64,000 nt of DNA, from contig CAVONQ010000016.1 of the NCBI GenBank assembly GCA_963697335.1, positions 1 to 64,000 of the forward strand. The letters are read 5' to 3'. Source of the DNA: an uncultured cyanobacterium (GTDB lineage: Bacteria > Cyanobacteriota > Cyanobacteriia > PCC-6307 > Cyanobiaceae). Below the pieces are notes generated by a model. The model ran no database searches. It was given only the letters and a program-made list of their open reading frames with translations, and was not told the origin of the DNA. The position numbers were made by a program, and so were the translations under genes. Shown here piece after piece: positions 7,673-17,924 of the stretch (position 1 is its first letter; each line of letters opens with the position of its first letter).

Positions 7673-8266
7673 TCAGCCTGCCGCCTGGTTGAGGAAGTTG
7701 GCCAGCAGGGCGTGGCCGCCCTGGGTGAGCACGCTCTCGGGGTGGAACTGCACCCCCTGCAGGTGGGGATGGCTGCGGTGCCGCAGGCCCATGATCGTGC
7801 CGTCCTCCAGCCAGGCGGTGATCTCCAGGCAGTCGGGCAGCGAGTCGCGCTCCGCGATCAGGCTGTGATAGCGCGTGGCCGTGAGCGGCATCGGCAGGCC
7901 CTCGAACACCCCGGCGCCCTCATGCAGCACCGGCGAGGTCTTGCCGTGCATCAGCTCCCGGGCCCGCACCACCCGGCCGCCGTACACCTGCGCCAGGGCC
8001 TGGTGCCCCAGGCACACCCCCAGGGTGGGCACCGTGGGGCTGAGCTCCCGCAGCACCTCCAGGCACACGCCCGACTGATCCGGATCCCCCGGCCCCGGCG
8101 AGATCAGGATCGCCGCCGGCTGCAGGGCTCGGATCTGCTCCAGGGTCAGGGCGTCGTTGCGCTCCACCCGCACCTCGGCGGCGAGGGGATGGTCGGCCGC
8201 CAGCTCGCCCAGGTACTGCACCAGGTTGAAGGTGAAGCTGTCGTAGTTGTCGAGAACGAGAAGCAT
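7673..8266 (-). CDS. trpG: Anthranilate/aminodeoxychorismate synthase component II (TrpG/PabA)
   Basis: [42 protein letters not shown]. Confidence 0.93.
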   Translation of the reverse strand: MLLVLDNYDSFTFNLVQYLGELAADHPLAAEVRVERNDALTLEQIRALQPAAILISPGPGDPDQSGVCLEVLRELSPTVPTLGVCLGHQALAQVYGGRVVRARELMHGKTSPVLHEGAGVFEGLPMPLTATRYHSLIAERDSLPDCLEITAWLEDGTIMGLRHRSHPHLQGVQFHPESVLTQGGHALLANFLNQAAG

Positions 8267-8306
8267 GGACGCTCGGGGCCTGGGCCCATTCAAAGGCCGA
8301 AGCGGC

Positions 8307-8777
8307 TCAGAGGCCGAGACGGGCCATCATCGGGGGCACCAGCAGCAGGGCGGCGATCAGCAGCGAGGCCATGGCCGCCACCAGCACCGCCGCCGCCGCG
8401 CAGTCCTTCGCCACCCGGGCCAGGGGGTGGAACTGGCGGCCGATGGCCAGGTCCACCACGGCCTCGGTGGCGGTGTTGAGCAGCTCCAGCACCAGCACGG
8501 CCGCCACCGTGAGCACCAGCAGGGCCATGCGGTCGGCGCTGAGCTGCAGCCACAGCCCCAGGCCGAACACCACAGCGCCGGTGGCCGTATGGATGCGGAA
8601 GTTGCGCTGGCTGCGCAGGCCGTAGGCCAGGCCCTGGGCGGCGTAGCGGAAGCTCGAGGGCAGATCGCCGGCCACCCGCCAGGCTCCGATCCGCTTGGGC
8701 ACCTTCCTGCGGGACACTGGCGGGGGCGCCTCCATCAGCAGGGGACGGGGTTCAGGTAGGGGGCGGGGACTGGTCAT
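8307..8777 (-). CDS. dgkA: Diacylglycerol kinase family protein
   Basis: SFRYAAQGL...[30 protein letters not shown]. Confidence 0.9.
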   Translation of the reverse strand: MTSPRPLPEPRPLLMEAPPPVSRRKVPKRIGAWRVAGDLPSSFRYAAQGLAYGLRSQRNFRIHTATGAVVFGLGLWLQLSADRMALLVLTVAAVLVLELLNTATEAVVDLAIGRQFHPLARVAKDCAAAAVLVAAMASLLIAALLLVPPMMARLGL

Positions 8778-8803
8778 GGCAGAGCCGCACCATACCGCCG
8801 TTC

Positions 8804-9370
8804 TCAGGTCTGAACAGGGCTGTCGGCCAGCTGAGCGACCACCCCCGGCTCGGGCCCGCAGGCGCTCAGCAGGGCCTCCTGCCGGGCCAGCATCGCCGCC
8901 AGGGAGGCGTCGTCGGGATGGTCCCAGCCCAGCAGATGCAGCAGGCCGTGGCTGGCCAGGAACAGCAGTTCGCGCTCCAGGCTGTGGCCGTGCTCCGGGG
9001 CCTGGCGGGCGGCGGTGTCCAGGGAGATCACGATGTCGCCCAGCTCCAGCACGGCCGCTTCAGCGCCGGGGCCGGCCGGCAAGGCCGGCAGGCCGTCGAG
9101 GTCCGGATCCTGGGCGGCGAAGGCCAGCACGTCGGTGGGGCCGGTCAGGGCGCGCCAGTCCTGGTTGAGGGCGGCGATGGCGGCATCGTTCACCAGGCTC
9201 AGCCCCAGGCTGTAGGCCGGCGCCTGCAGGGCGGCGGGCAGCTCAGGCTGCAGCAGGGCCAGCCAGTGCTCCAGCTGCTGTTGCCACAGCGCCGCGCCGG
9301 CCTCGGGATCGGCCAGCTCAGCGGCACAGGCGGCCGAGGCGTCAAAGGCGAGATCGAGTTCGATGGCGAT
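8804..9370 (-). CDS. ybeY: rRNA maturation endoribonuclease YbeY (no canonical start codon at the expected 5' end)
   Basis: LNQDWR...PTDVLAF, LGDIVIS, HGLLHLLGWDH; frame stays open upstream as IAIELDLAFD to an in-frame TGA at 9376-9374. Confidence 0.85.
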   Translation of the reverse strand: MAIELDLAFDASAACAAELADPEAGAALWQQQLEHWLALLQPELPAALQAPAYSLGLSLVNDAAIAALNQDWRALTGPTDVLAFAAQDPDLDGLPALPAGPGAEAAVLELGDIVISLDTAARQAPEHGHSLERELLFLASHGLLHLLGWDHPDDASLAAMLARQEALLSACGPEPGVVAQLADSPVQT

Positions 9371-9373
9371 GGC

Positions 9374-9544
9374 TCAGCCCCCGGGCAGCTGGGGCCGGCC
9401 CAGCCAGGCCACCAGCACCAGAAACGCCATCAGCCCAACGGCGGTGAGCCCGAAATGCAGCAGGCTCTGGCGCCCCTTGCGCACCATGTTGCGCATCGCC
9501 AGCTTCACGAAGCTGGGGTTGGCCTCTGGTCTGGGCTCAGCCAT
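9374..9544 (-). CDS. DUF3285 family small membrane protein (56 aa, not in ORF track)
   Basis: [51 protein letters not shown]. Confidence 0.85.
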   Translation of the reverse strand: MAEPRPEANPSFVKLAMRNMVRKGRQSLLHFGLTAVGLMAFLVLVAWLGRPQLPGG

Positions 9545-10671
9545 CGGTTTCGCCTTCGGCTACGCCCCCAGCCACGCCGGCGTGCAGCAGGCTCTGGATG
9601 AAGGGATCGAGGTCGCCGTCCATCACCCCCTGCACATCGGTGGTTTCGTACTGGGTGCGCAGGTCTTTCACCATCTGGTAGGGGTGGAACACGTAGTTGC
9701 GGATCTGGTTGCCCCAGGCGGCCTCCACGATGTCGCCGCGGATGTCGGCGATTTCCGAGGCCCGTTGTTCCTGGGCGATCACCAGCAGCTTGGCCATCAG
9801 CAGCGCCATCGCCTTCTCCTTGTTCTGGAGCTGGGAGCGCTCCTGGGTGCAGCGCACGAACAGGCCGGTGGGGATGTGCAGGATGCGCACCGCCGTTTCC
9901 ACCTTGTTGACATTCTGGCCGCCGGCACCACCGGAACGTGACGTGGTGATCTCGAGGTCCTTGTCCGGGATGTCGAGCTTCACCTCCTGATCCAGCTTGG
10001 GCATCACCTCCACCCCCGCGAAGCTGGTCTGGCGCTTGTCGTTGGCGTTGAACGGCGAGATGCGCACCAGCCGGTGGGTGCCCTTCTCATTGCGCAGGTA
10101 GCCGTAGGCGTAGCGGCCCTCGATCTCGATCGTGCAGCTCTTGATGCCCGCTTCCTCCCCTTCACTGAGCTCATCCACGCTCACCTTCATGCCGTGGTCT
10201 TCCGCCCAGCGGGTGTACATGCGCAGCAGCAGCTGGGTCCAGTCCTGGGCGTCGGTGCCGCCGGCGCCGGCGTTGATGGTGAGCACGGCCCCCTCCTTGT
10301 CGTAGGGGCCGGAGAGCAGCCGCTCCAGCTCCCAGCGATCCAGCTCGCTGCGCAGCTGGCCCAGGCCGCCGTGGGCCTCCTCCAGCAGCTCGGCGTCGGG
10401 CTCCAGTTCGTAGAGCTCCAGGGTGGCTTCGGCGTCGCCCACGGCGGCCTGCCAGCGCTCCAGCTGCTGCAGCTGGGCCTTCACGTCGTCGAGCTGGCGC
10501 ATCTGCTTCTGCGCCGCCAGCTGGTCGTTCCAGAAATCCGGCTGGGAGGCGAGCTGCTCGAGGTCCTGTTGCCGGGCGTTCAGGGCAGGAACGTCAAAGA
10601 CAGTCCTGGGCGTTGCCCAGGCGGTCAGTGAGCTCGGAGAGGTCGCGTTTGAAGTCGGTGAGATCGAGCAC
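9537..10671 (-). CDS. prfB: Peptide chain release factor 2 with programmed +1 frameshift
   Basis: GTG 10671 gives [25 protein letters not shown], then CTT-TGA-C at 10599-10593; the downstream frame has SPF and GGQ motifs. Confidence 0.97.
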
Positions 10672-10757
10672 CGGGCACGGGCGGACGCTGGATCGACCGT
10701 ACCAGCGAGGTGTCTCGGGCCGCTTTTAGGATCCCTTCATCAAGTCCGCGAGCGCCC

Positions 10758-11018
10758 ATGGCCCCCACCGTCGAGATCTACACGTGGCGGGCCTGCCCCT
10801 TCTGCGTGCGGGCCAAGGCCCTGCTCGATCGCAAGGGTGTGGCCTACACCGAATTCGCCATCGACGGCGATGAGCGGGCCCGTGCCGCCATGGCCGAGCT
10901 CAGCGGCGGCCGCCGCAGCGTGCCCCAGACCTTCATCAACGGTGCACACGTGGGCGGCTGCGACGACCTGCACGCCCTGGAACGCAGCGGCAGGCTCGAC
11001 GCCCTGCTGGCCTCCTGA
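10758..11018 (+). CDS. grxC: Glutaredoxin 3
   Basis: [21 protein letters not shown]. Confidence 0.93.
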   Translation: MAPTVEIYTWRACPFCVRAKALLDRKGVAYTEFAIDGDERARAAMAELSGGRRSVPQTFINGAHVGGCDDLHALERSGRLDALLAS

Positions 11019-11026
11019 CGGTGGCG

Positions 11027-12022
11027 ATGCCGTTCCAACAGGAGGGCGCCCAGCTGTTCGTGATCGATCCGATCGGTCGCATCAACCCCGCCAAGGACTC
11101 CACCGCCGCCCTGATGCAGGCCGCCCAGCGGGCCGGCCGGCCCGTGTGGGTGGCCACCCCGGCCGACCTCTCGGCCCGCCTCGCCGCCGCCCCTCCAGGC
11201 CATCAGGCCTGGGTGCGGGCCTGGCCGATTGCCCTGGAGCCGATGGCGCTGGGGCCCGAGGGCTGGATCGTGCCGGAGCCCTGGTATCGCCTGGCCGAGC
11301 CCCAGCTGCTGCCGCTCACGGCCTTTGCCCACGTGTGGATGCGCAAGGATCCGCCGGTGGACGAGGCCTACCTCTATGCCACCCACCTGCTCGATCTGGC
11401 GGAGCGTCAGGGGGTGGCGGTGATCAACCGGCCCGCCGCCCTGCGGGCCTGGAACGAAAAGCTCAGTGCCCTGCGCTGGAGCCACCTGATGGCCCCCACC
11501 CTGGTGGCCAGCCGGGTGGAGGCCCTGGCGGCCTTCACCGCCGAGCACGCCGAGGTGGTGCTCAAGCCCCTGGGCGGCCGGGCCGGCCAGGGGGTGGTGT
11601 TCGCCTCGGCCGCCAGCCCCGGCCTACGGGCCCTGCTGGAGCTGGTGACGGGCCAGGAACAGCTGCCGGTGATGGTGCAGGCCTTCCTGCCCGGGGTGAA
11701 GGCGGGCGACAAGCGCATCCTGCTGGTGGATGGGGAGCCCCTCGGGGCCGTGAACCGGGTGCCGAGCGGCGGTGAATTCCGCAGCAACCTCGCCGTGGGG
11801 GGAGCGCCCCAGGCCACCGAGCTCACCGATCAGGAGCGCCGCATCTGCGCCGAGCTGGCGCCGGCCCTGCGGGCTGAGGGGCTGTTCTTCGTGGGCATCG
11901 ACGTGATCGACGGCCGCCTCAGCGAGATCAACGTGACCAGCCCCACCGGCATCCGCGAGGTGGAGCGCCTCGGCGGGGTGCCCCTCGCTGACCTCACCGT
12001 GGCCCAACTCGGCCGGCCTTGA
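11027..12022 (+). CDS. gshB: Glutathione synthetase
   Basis: [42 protein letters not shown]. Confidence 0.95.
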   Translation: MPFQQEGAQLFVIDPIGRINPAKDSTAALMQAAQRAGRPVWVATPADLSARLAAAPPGHQAWVRAWPIALEPMALGPEGWIVPEPWYRLAEPQLLPLTAFAHVWMRKDPPVDEAYLYATHLLDLAERQGVAVINRPAALRAWNEKLSALRWSHLMAPTLVASRVEALAAFTAEHAEVVLKPLGGRAGQGVVFASAASPGLRALLELVTGQEQLPVMVQAFLPGVKAGDKRILLVDGEPLGAVNRVPSGGEFRSNLAVGGAPQATELTDQERRICAELAPALRAEGLFFVGIDVIDGRLSEINVTSPTGIREVERLGGVPLADLTVAQLGRP

Positions 12023-12046
12023 TACCCTGTTGCCAGGGGCTATGCC

Positions 12047-12742
12047 ATGGCCGAGTTTCGACACCGCCACCAGATCAACTACCTGCGCACCCTCAGCGGC
12101 GTGGTGGGCATGATCCGCAACCCCGAGGCCACCGAATCCGTCTTCGACATCGAGGACGGCCTCAAGCGCAGCGGCGCCATGGACAGCTTCGAGGCGCGGG
12201 TGCGCTCCCTGCCCGGGGTGGAGGAGCTGATGCAGGAGCGCTACCTGGCCCAGCCCCTGAACGTGGCGGAGCTGGCCGCCATGCCCCCCGAAAGCCTCGG
12301 CCATGCCCTGGCCCGCCACCTCCAGGACCATGGCTTCGATCCCGACTACTACCGCAAGGTGGCCGTCAACACCGACCTCGACTGGATCCTGATGCGCATG
12401 CGCCAGAGCCACGACATCTGGCATGTGGTGAGCGGCATCGGCACCGACCGCATCGGTGAAATCGCCCTCAAGGCCTTTGAACTGGCCCAGACCTGGCGGC
12501 CCATGGCGGCGGTGATCACCTGCGGTGGGCTGCTGCGCTATCTGCTCAAGGACCCGGAACAGATGGGCGCGGTGCTGGGGGGCATCGGCCACGGCTACCA
12601 GCTGGGCTACAAGGCCCAGCCGCTGCTGGCCCAGCGCTGGGAACTCGACTGGACGCGGCCCCTGGCCAGCTGGCGCCAGGCGGTGGGCCTGCCGGAAGCG
12701 CCGGTGCTGCCACAGCCGGCAGGCCTGCCGCCGCAGCCCTAG
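12047..12742 (+). CDS. Coq4 family protein
   Basis: LAAMPPESLG, RMRQSHDIWHVVSG..TD..GEIAL.AF (HDxxH...E motif), RWE. Confidence 0.85.
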   Translation: MAEFRHRHQINYLRTLSGVVGMIRNPEATESVFDIEDGLKRSGAMDSFEARVRSLPGVEELMQERYLAQPLNVAELAAMPPESLGHALARHLQDHGFDPDYYRKVAVNTDLDWILMRMRQSHDIWHVVSGIGTDRIGEIALKAFELAQTWRPMAAVITCGGLLRYLLKDPEQMGAVLGGIGHGYQLGYKAQPLLAQRWELDWTRPLASWRQAVGLPEAPVLPQPAGLPPQP

Positions 12743-12745
12743 CCC

Positions 12746-14476
12746 TCAGCCGCTCTCCGGCCAGCCAGCTTGGAGCTGCTGGCGGGCCTCCTCGTAGCCC
12801 ACCGCGTGGATCTCCTGGTAGCGCTTCCAGTCGAGGAAGGGAAAGCTGCCGATGTCGGGCCGAAGAATCACATCGGCCAGCCGCTCCTGGGCCCGGGTGG
12901 TGGCGTGGGAGCCACACATCATGGCGTCGATGATGGTGCGCCCCAGGGAGGGCGGCTGGCGCTCGCTGCTGGGCTTCATGGCGGGATCAGCCCCAGCTTC
13001 GGTGCTGCGTTCGGGATCGGGATCGAGCGACATGGCCACGACCCGGCCGTTGCTGCGCCGGCGCGCCTCAGCCACCGGCAGGTTGTTGAGGATGCCGCCA
13101 TCCACGTTCAGCTGGCCCTGCCCGTCTGCCACGGGGGGAAAGATCCCCGGCACCGACATGCTGGCGATCACCGCCGTGGCGATGTCGCCGCTGCCCCAGC
13201 CCTGCAGCTGGTTGGTGGAGAGGTTGGTGGAGAAGGTGCGCAGCGGCAGCCAGCTGTCCTGCAGCCGGGCACTGCCGAAGAAGCGCTCCAGTTCCAGCCG
13301 GGAGTTGCGCAGGGTGAACAGGGAGCCCCGCGGCAGGGTGAAGGAGTAGGGCCGCGCCTTGATGATCACCCGCTCCAGGTTGCTGAGGATCTCGCTGGCG
13401 GGCAGCTCAAAGGCCACCAGGGAGGCCACCAGCGCGCCGATGCTTACGCCCATCACCATGTCGAAGTCGCGCAGGCCCAGCTCTTCCATGGCCGCCAGCG
13501 CGCCGACATGGGCGAAGCCCCTGGCGCCGCCGCCCCCCAGCACCAGCACCCGCTGGCGCCGCAGGGTGGCCCGGGCCAGCCGCTCCAGGTGATCGGGGCG
13601 CTCGGGCTTGAGGTTCAGCACCTGGGCGAAGGGCTGGGCCGTGGCCCAGTCCCGCGAGCGGGGGGTCTGCTCCTGGGCTGGCCAGAGCCGCACCAGCAGG
13701 GCATCGCCGACCTCGGCCTGGGGCAGGCGGATGCTGCGGGCCTCCCCCTCGCTGAGGATCAGCAGTCGATCCACCAACAGCCTGTTGCGGTGGCTGAGGG
13801 CGCCGGGATCGTCGCTCACGATCACCTCGGGCCGGCCGGTGCGGGTGGCCTCCACCAGCCGGGCGTGCAGGGCGGCCTCGGGGTCGGCAACGGCTTCGGA
13901 GGGTGCGCTGATGCTGAGGTCGTTCAGGCCGTTGAGGCCCTGGCTGAGCCGCCGCAGCTGCTCCGGCAGCAGGCGCCGCACCGCCGTGGTCAGGGCCGAG
14001 CCGGGGCAGGCGTCGTGGATCACGATCGTCTGCAGCGGCATGCGGCCGGGGTCACGGCCCACGGAGGCCGCCTCGGCCAGGGCCGTGATGAAGCGGGACG
14101 GCACGCCGGGCTCGCACTCCAGCAGCTGTTTGAGCTGGTCGCTGTTGAACCGCAGCACCTGAACTGCCGTGAGGGCCAGGGCCGAGGCGGAGCGGGGCTC
14201 TCCGCTGAGGGGGCCGTAGTCCCCCACCAGCTCCCCGGGCACCACCTTGCGGAAAAAGCCATCCGGCTGACCCGGCGGCCCGGTGTGCAGCCCCACCACC
14301 CCCGTGAGCACCAGATAGGCGTGGTCGCCGGGATCGCCCTGGCGGAACAGCAGCTCTCCCTCCTCAATGGCCATCTGGGTTGGGCCCAGGGCGGTGATGC
14401 GGCTGGGATCAAGGCCTGCCAGCACCCCTGAGCCGGCGAGAGCCCTGGCCAGCAGGGCATGAAGCGCTTGTGTCAT
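12746..14476 (-). CDS. cNMP-binding domain plus patatin-like phospholipase (NTE-like)
   Basis: LFRQGDPGD..Y...GELVG...PRSASA; GGGGARG, GVSIG, ASMSVPGIFPP, DGG. Confidence 0.88.
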   Translation of the reverse strand: MTQALHALLARALAGSGVLAGLDPSRITALGPTQMAIEEGELLFRQGDPGDHAYLVLTGVVGLHTGPPGQPDGFFRKVVPGELVGDYGPLSGEPRSASALALTAVQVLRFNSDQLKQLLECEPGVPSRFITALAEAASVGRDPGRMPLQTIVIHDACPGSALTTAVRRLLPEQLRRLSQGLNGLNDLSISAPSEAVADPEAALHARLVEATRTGRPEVIVSDDPGALSHRNRLLVDRLLILSEGEARSIRLPQAEVGDALLVRLWPAQEQTPRSRDWATAQPFAQVLNLKPERPDHLERLARATLRRQRVLVLGGGGARGFAHVGALAAMEELGLRDFDMVMGVSIGALVASLVAFELPASEILSNLERVIIKARPYSFTLPRGSLFTLRNSRLELERFFGSARLQDSWLPLRTFSTNLSTNQLQGWGSGDIATAVIASMSVPGIFPPVADGQGQLNVDGGILNNLPVAEARRRSNGRVVAMSLDPDPERSTEAGADPAMKPSSERQPPSLGRTIIDAMMCGSHATTRAQERLADVILRPDIGSFPFLDWKRYQEIHAVGYEEARQQLQAGWPESG

Positions 14477-14488
14477 GGAGGGTGTCGA

Positions 14489-15913
14489 TCAGGCTGGCCC
14501 GGCCAGCCGCGTGGGTTGGGGCAGGTTGAGCTGCTGTTGCAGCACCCCCAGCTTCAGGGCCACCTCCTGCAGCTCCCGATCCACCGCCGAACCCGGCACA
14601 AGCCCGGCGCCGGCGGTGAGCTCCAGCTGGCGGCCCTCCACCGTGCCGCTGCGGATCGCCACCCGCAGGTCGAGGTCGCCGGCGCTGTCGATCCAGCCGA
14701 TCGGGGCGGCGTAGTGGCCCCGCTCAAAGGGCTCCAGGTTGCGCAGCCATGCCATGGCCTCGCGGCGCGGCAGGCCCGCCACCGCCGGGGTGGGGTGCAG
14801 GGCGGCGGCGATGGCCAGGGGCTGCTGCCGTCCCAGGCAGGCGCTGATCGGGCTGTGCAGGTGCACCAGCTGGCCGTGGCGGGCCAGGCGGGGATGGCGG
14901 GGCCGCCGTGGGTTCAGGCCGGCCCGGCTGAGCACGGCGGTGATCGTGTCCACCACCAGCTCGTGTTCCAGGCGGTCCTTGGTGGAGTGCAGCAGGTTCG
15001 CGGCCCGCTCATCGGCGGGGGCGGTGCCGGCCAGGGCATCGCTGCGCAGCTGGCCCTGGCGCACGGTGAGCAGCCGCTCCGGCGAGGCTCCGATCAGGGC
15101 CGATCCGGCGCAGCGCTGCCAGAGCAGCCGGCAGCTGCCGCCCTGGTGGCGGCGCAGGGGGGCGAGCAGGCCCAGGGGATCGGGCTGGGCGCTGAGGGTG
15201 AGCTGCTGGCGCACGGCCAGCACCAGCTTCTGCAGGGCTCCACCCTCCACCAGCTCGAGGGCCTGGGCCGCCGCCTGGCGGTAGTCCTCCTGCCAGGGCG
15301 TGCGCAGGGCCACCGCCACCGTGGCGGTGGCCGCCGAGGCGTGGCTGTGGCGCTCCAGCTGGCGGGCCTTCTCCCAGAGTTCCTCGGCCAGGCTGCGGGC
15401 CGTGACGCCACCGCCCAGGGGCCGCTGCAGCCGCAGCCAGCAGTGCTGGCCATGGCGGCTCAGCTGCCAGCGGGGCAGCACCGCCTGCACCCCCGGGATT
15501 GCGGCGGTGCTGGTTTCCAGGGGGGCGTCGAAGAAGCCGAAGGCCAGCAGCACCCTGGGCCTGGCCAGGGGCGGACAGGGAACCTGGGCCCCGGCCAGCC
15601 GGTTGAGGCTGGCGCTGGCGAAGCGCTGGGCCAGCTCGAAGCGCCGCGGACCGCTCAGCTCCAGGCTGTTGGTGCGGCCGCTGGCGGCGATGCAGAGCCC
15701 CGGGGCCCCGTCCCAGAGGAAGCGGAAGCTGTCGCCGCCCTCCAGGTGGGGCAGCAGGGCCATGGGGTCCCCCGGGGCGATCGCCAGGGCCAGGCTGAGC
15801 ACGCCCTCCTCGTCCGCCTGGCGGGCGCCCTCGCTGGCCAGGGCCAGCAGATCGGTGAAGGAATCAGGAGCCGGCAACGGCTGGGGCCCGGGGCGCCGCG
15901 AAGAGCTGCTCAA
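14489..15913 (-). CDS. menF: Isochorismate synthase
   Basis: KLVLA, GASPERL, ALAGT, KDRLEH, LHPTPAVAG, AIRS, AGAGLV; start approximate. Confidence 0.9.
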   Translation of the reverse strand: MSSSSRRPGPQPLPAPDSFTDLLALASEGARQADEEGVLSLALAIAPGDPMALLPHLEGGDSFRFLWDGAPGLCIAASGRTNSLELSGPRRFELAQRFASASLNRLAGAQVPCPPLARPRVLLAFGFFDAPLETSTAAIPGVQAVLPRWQLSRHGQHCWLRLQRPLGGGVTARSLAEELWEKARQLERHSHASAATATVAVALRTPWQEDYRQAAAQALELVEGGALQKLVLAVRQQLTLSAQPDPLGLLAPLRRHQGGSCRLLWQRCAGSALIGASPERLLTVRQGQLRSDALAGTAPADERAANLLHSTKDRLEHELVVDTITAVLSRAGLNPRRPRHPRLARHGQLVHLHSPISACLGRQQPLAIAAALHPTPAVAGLPRREAMAWLRNLEPFERGHYAAPIGWIDSAGDLDLRVAIRSGTVEGRQLELTAGAGLVPGSAVDRELQEVALKLGVLQQQLNLPQPTRLAGPA

Positions 15914-15951
15914 ATGTATGGGTGCTGTCGCGGTTGCCGCCCCCGGTCCCC

Positions 15952-16917
15952 ATGCCTGAGCCCGAGGTCGTCGCAAGCCGTTACGCCGCCGGTTCCGTGC
16001 AGGTGGCGGGCGCGGCCGAGCAGCGGCGGCGCCTCTGGCGCTCGGCGATCAAGTGGCCCATGTATGCCGTGGCGGTGATGCCGGCGCTGCTGGCGGCCGG
16101 CTGGCGCTGGGGGCAGGGCGAGGTGCTGCGCCTCGACCAGCTGCTGCTGTTCCTGCTGGCGGCCGTGCTGCTGCTGGCCTGGGAGAACCTCGCCAATGAC
16201 GTCCATGACGCCGACACCGGCGTGGACACCCACGGCAAGCCCCACTCCCTGGTGAACCTCACCGGCCGCCGCGCCACGGTGGCCCGCTGGGCCCGGACTG
16301 CCCTGCTGGCCGGTCTGCTGCTGATGGCCCTGGTGGCCTGGCGCAGCACGCCGCTGGTGCTGGCGCTGGTGCTGGCCTGCTGCGCCCTCGGCTACCTCTA
16401 CCAGGGTCCGCCCTTCCGCCTCGGCTACCGCGGTCTGGGGGAGCCCCTGTGCTGGCTGGCCTTCGGGCCCCTGGCCACGGCGGCGGCGCTGCTGGCCCTG
16501 GGCCCCGCCGCCAGCACCATCCCCTGGCGGACTGCCCTGCTGCTGGGCAGCGGAGCGGCCGTGGCCACCACCCTGGTGCTGTTCTGCTCCCACTTCCACC
16601 AGGTGGAGGAGGATGCGGGCCACGGCAAGCGCTCCCCGGTGGTGCAGCTGGGCACGGCCACCGCTGCGGGCCTGGTGCCCTGGTTCGTGGCCCTCACCCT
16701 GGCGCTGCAGTGGGCGCCGGTGCTGCTGGGCCACTGGCCCCTCACCGCCCTGCTCGGCGGGCTGGCCCTGGCTCCCGGCCGCCAGCTGATCGGCCTGCTG
16801 CAGCAGTGGCACGACGCCCCCAGCGCGGTTGCGGGCAGCAAGTTTCTGGCGCTCCGCTTCCAGACCTTCAACGGCCTCGGCCTGGCCCTGGGCCTGGCCC
16901 TCGGGCGCTGGCTCTGA
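15952..16917 (+). CDS. menA: 1,4-dihydroxy-2-naphthoate phytyltransferase
   Basis: AIKWPMYAVA, NDVHDADTGVD, YQGPPFRLGY.GLGE, EED..HGKRS. Confidence 0.92.
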   Translation: MPEPEVVASRYAAGSVQVAGAAEQRRRLWRSAIKWPMYAVAVMPALLAAGWRWGQGEVLRLDQLLLFLLAAVLLLAWENLANDVHDADTGVDTHGKPHSLVNLTGRRATVARWARTALLAGLLLMALVAWRSTPLVLALVLACCALGYLYQGPPFRLGYRGLGEPLCWLAFGPLATAAALLALGPAASTIPWRTALLLGSGAAVATTLVLFCSHFHQVEEDAGHGKRSPVVQLGTATAAGLVPWFVALTLALQWAPVLLGHWPLTALLGGLALAPGRQLIGLLQQWHDAPSAVAGSKFLALRFQTFNGLGLALGLALGRWL

Positions 16918-16922
16918 AGGCC

Positions 16923-17924
16923 ATGGCCCAGCCCCCTCTCCTGCCTGAAGAGTCGGCGGCCCAGGTGCTCCACCTGGCGTGGCGGCCGTTCCGCACCCGG
17001 CTGCCCCGGCCGCTGCGCACCGCCCGCGGTTGCATCGACGCCAAGCAGGGCTGGCTGCTGCGGCTCGAATCCCCCCGCGACGCTGCCGTGGGCTGGGGAG
17101 AGGCGGCCCTGCTGGAGGGGGACTCCCGCAGTCTCCAGCTGGCGATCGAAGCCCTCCCCGGCGCCTGTGACCGCGACGCCCTGGAGGACCTGCTGGCCCA
17201 GCCCGGCTGCCCGCGCTGCCTGGCCTTTGCCCTGGGCGCGGCCCTGGCGGAGCTCGACGGTCTGCCCGAGGGGCGCTGGCTGGCGGCTCCCGCCGGAGCG
17301 GCGCTGCTGCCGGCTGGGGAGGCGGCCCTGGCTGAACTGGAGCGGCTGCTGGCTCAGGACTGCTTCCCTGGCCCGCTGGTACTGAAGTGGAAGGTGGCCA
17401 CCGAGCCCGATGGCCTGGAGCGCCGCGTGCTGGAGCAGCTGCTGGAGCGCCTGCCCACCACGGCCCGCCTGCGCCTCGATGCCAACGGGGGCTGGACCCG
17501 CGCCACCGCCTGGACCTGGGCGGAGCGGCTGCGGCAGGAGCCGCGGCTGGAGTGGCTGGAGCAGCCCCTGCCCCCGGCCGATCGGCAGGGGCTGGAGCTG
17601 CTGGTTCGGCAGCTTCCCGTGGCCCTGGATGAATCGCTGGGCTGCCACCCGGAGCTGGCGGATCAGTGGCCCTCCTGGCAGGTGCGACGTCCCAGCCAGG
17701 AGGGGGATCCGAGGCCCTTGCTGGCTGCGCTGGAGCGGGGCAGCTCCTTCCTGATGCTCAGCAGCGGCTTTGAAACCGGCATCGGTCGCCGCTGGCTGGA
17801 GCACCTCGCCGCCCTGCAGTGGCGCGGCCCCACCCCGGTGGCTCCCGGCCTGGCGACGGCCTGGCAGCCCCTGGGCAGCCTGGGCTCCACCAGCCCGGAG
17901 GCGGTGTGGCGGGCGGCCCAGTGA
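16923..17924 (+). CDS. menC: o-succinylbenzoate synthase
   Basis: GWGEAA, KWKV, LRLDANGG, WLEQP, ALDES; position in the men cluster. Confidence 0.88.
   Translation: MAQPPLLPEESAAQVLHLAWRPFRTRLPRPLRTARGCIDAKQGWLLRLESPRDAAVGWGEAALLEGDSRSLQLAIEALPGACDRDALEDLLAQPGCPRCLAFALGAALAELDGLPEGRWLAAPAGAALLPAGEAALAELERLLAQDCFPGPLVLKWKVATEPDGLERRVLEQLLERLPTTARLRLDANGGWTRATAWTWAERLRQEPRLEWLEQPLPPADRQGLELLVRQLPVALDESLGCHPELADQWPSWQVRRPSQEGDPRPLLAALERGSSFLMLSSGFETGIGRRWLEHLAALQWRGPTPVAPGLATAWQPLGSLGSTSPEAVWRAAQ

Noticed and set aside
12746..14476. Patatin as a CBASS effector
   Set aside because: No CD-NTase nearby; the architecture is NTE-like.
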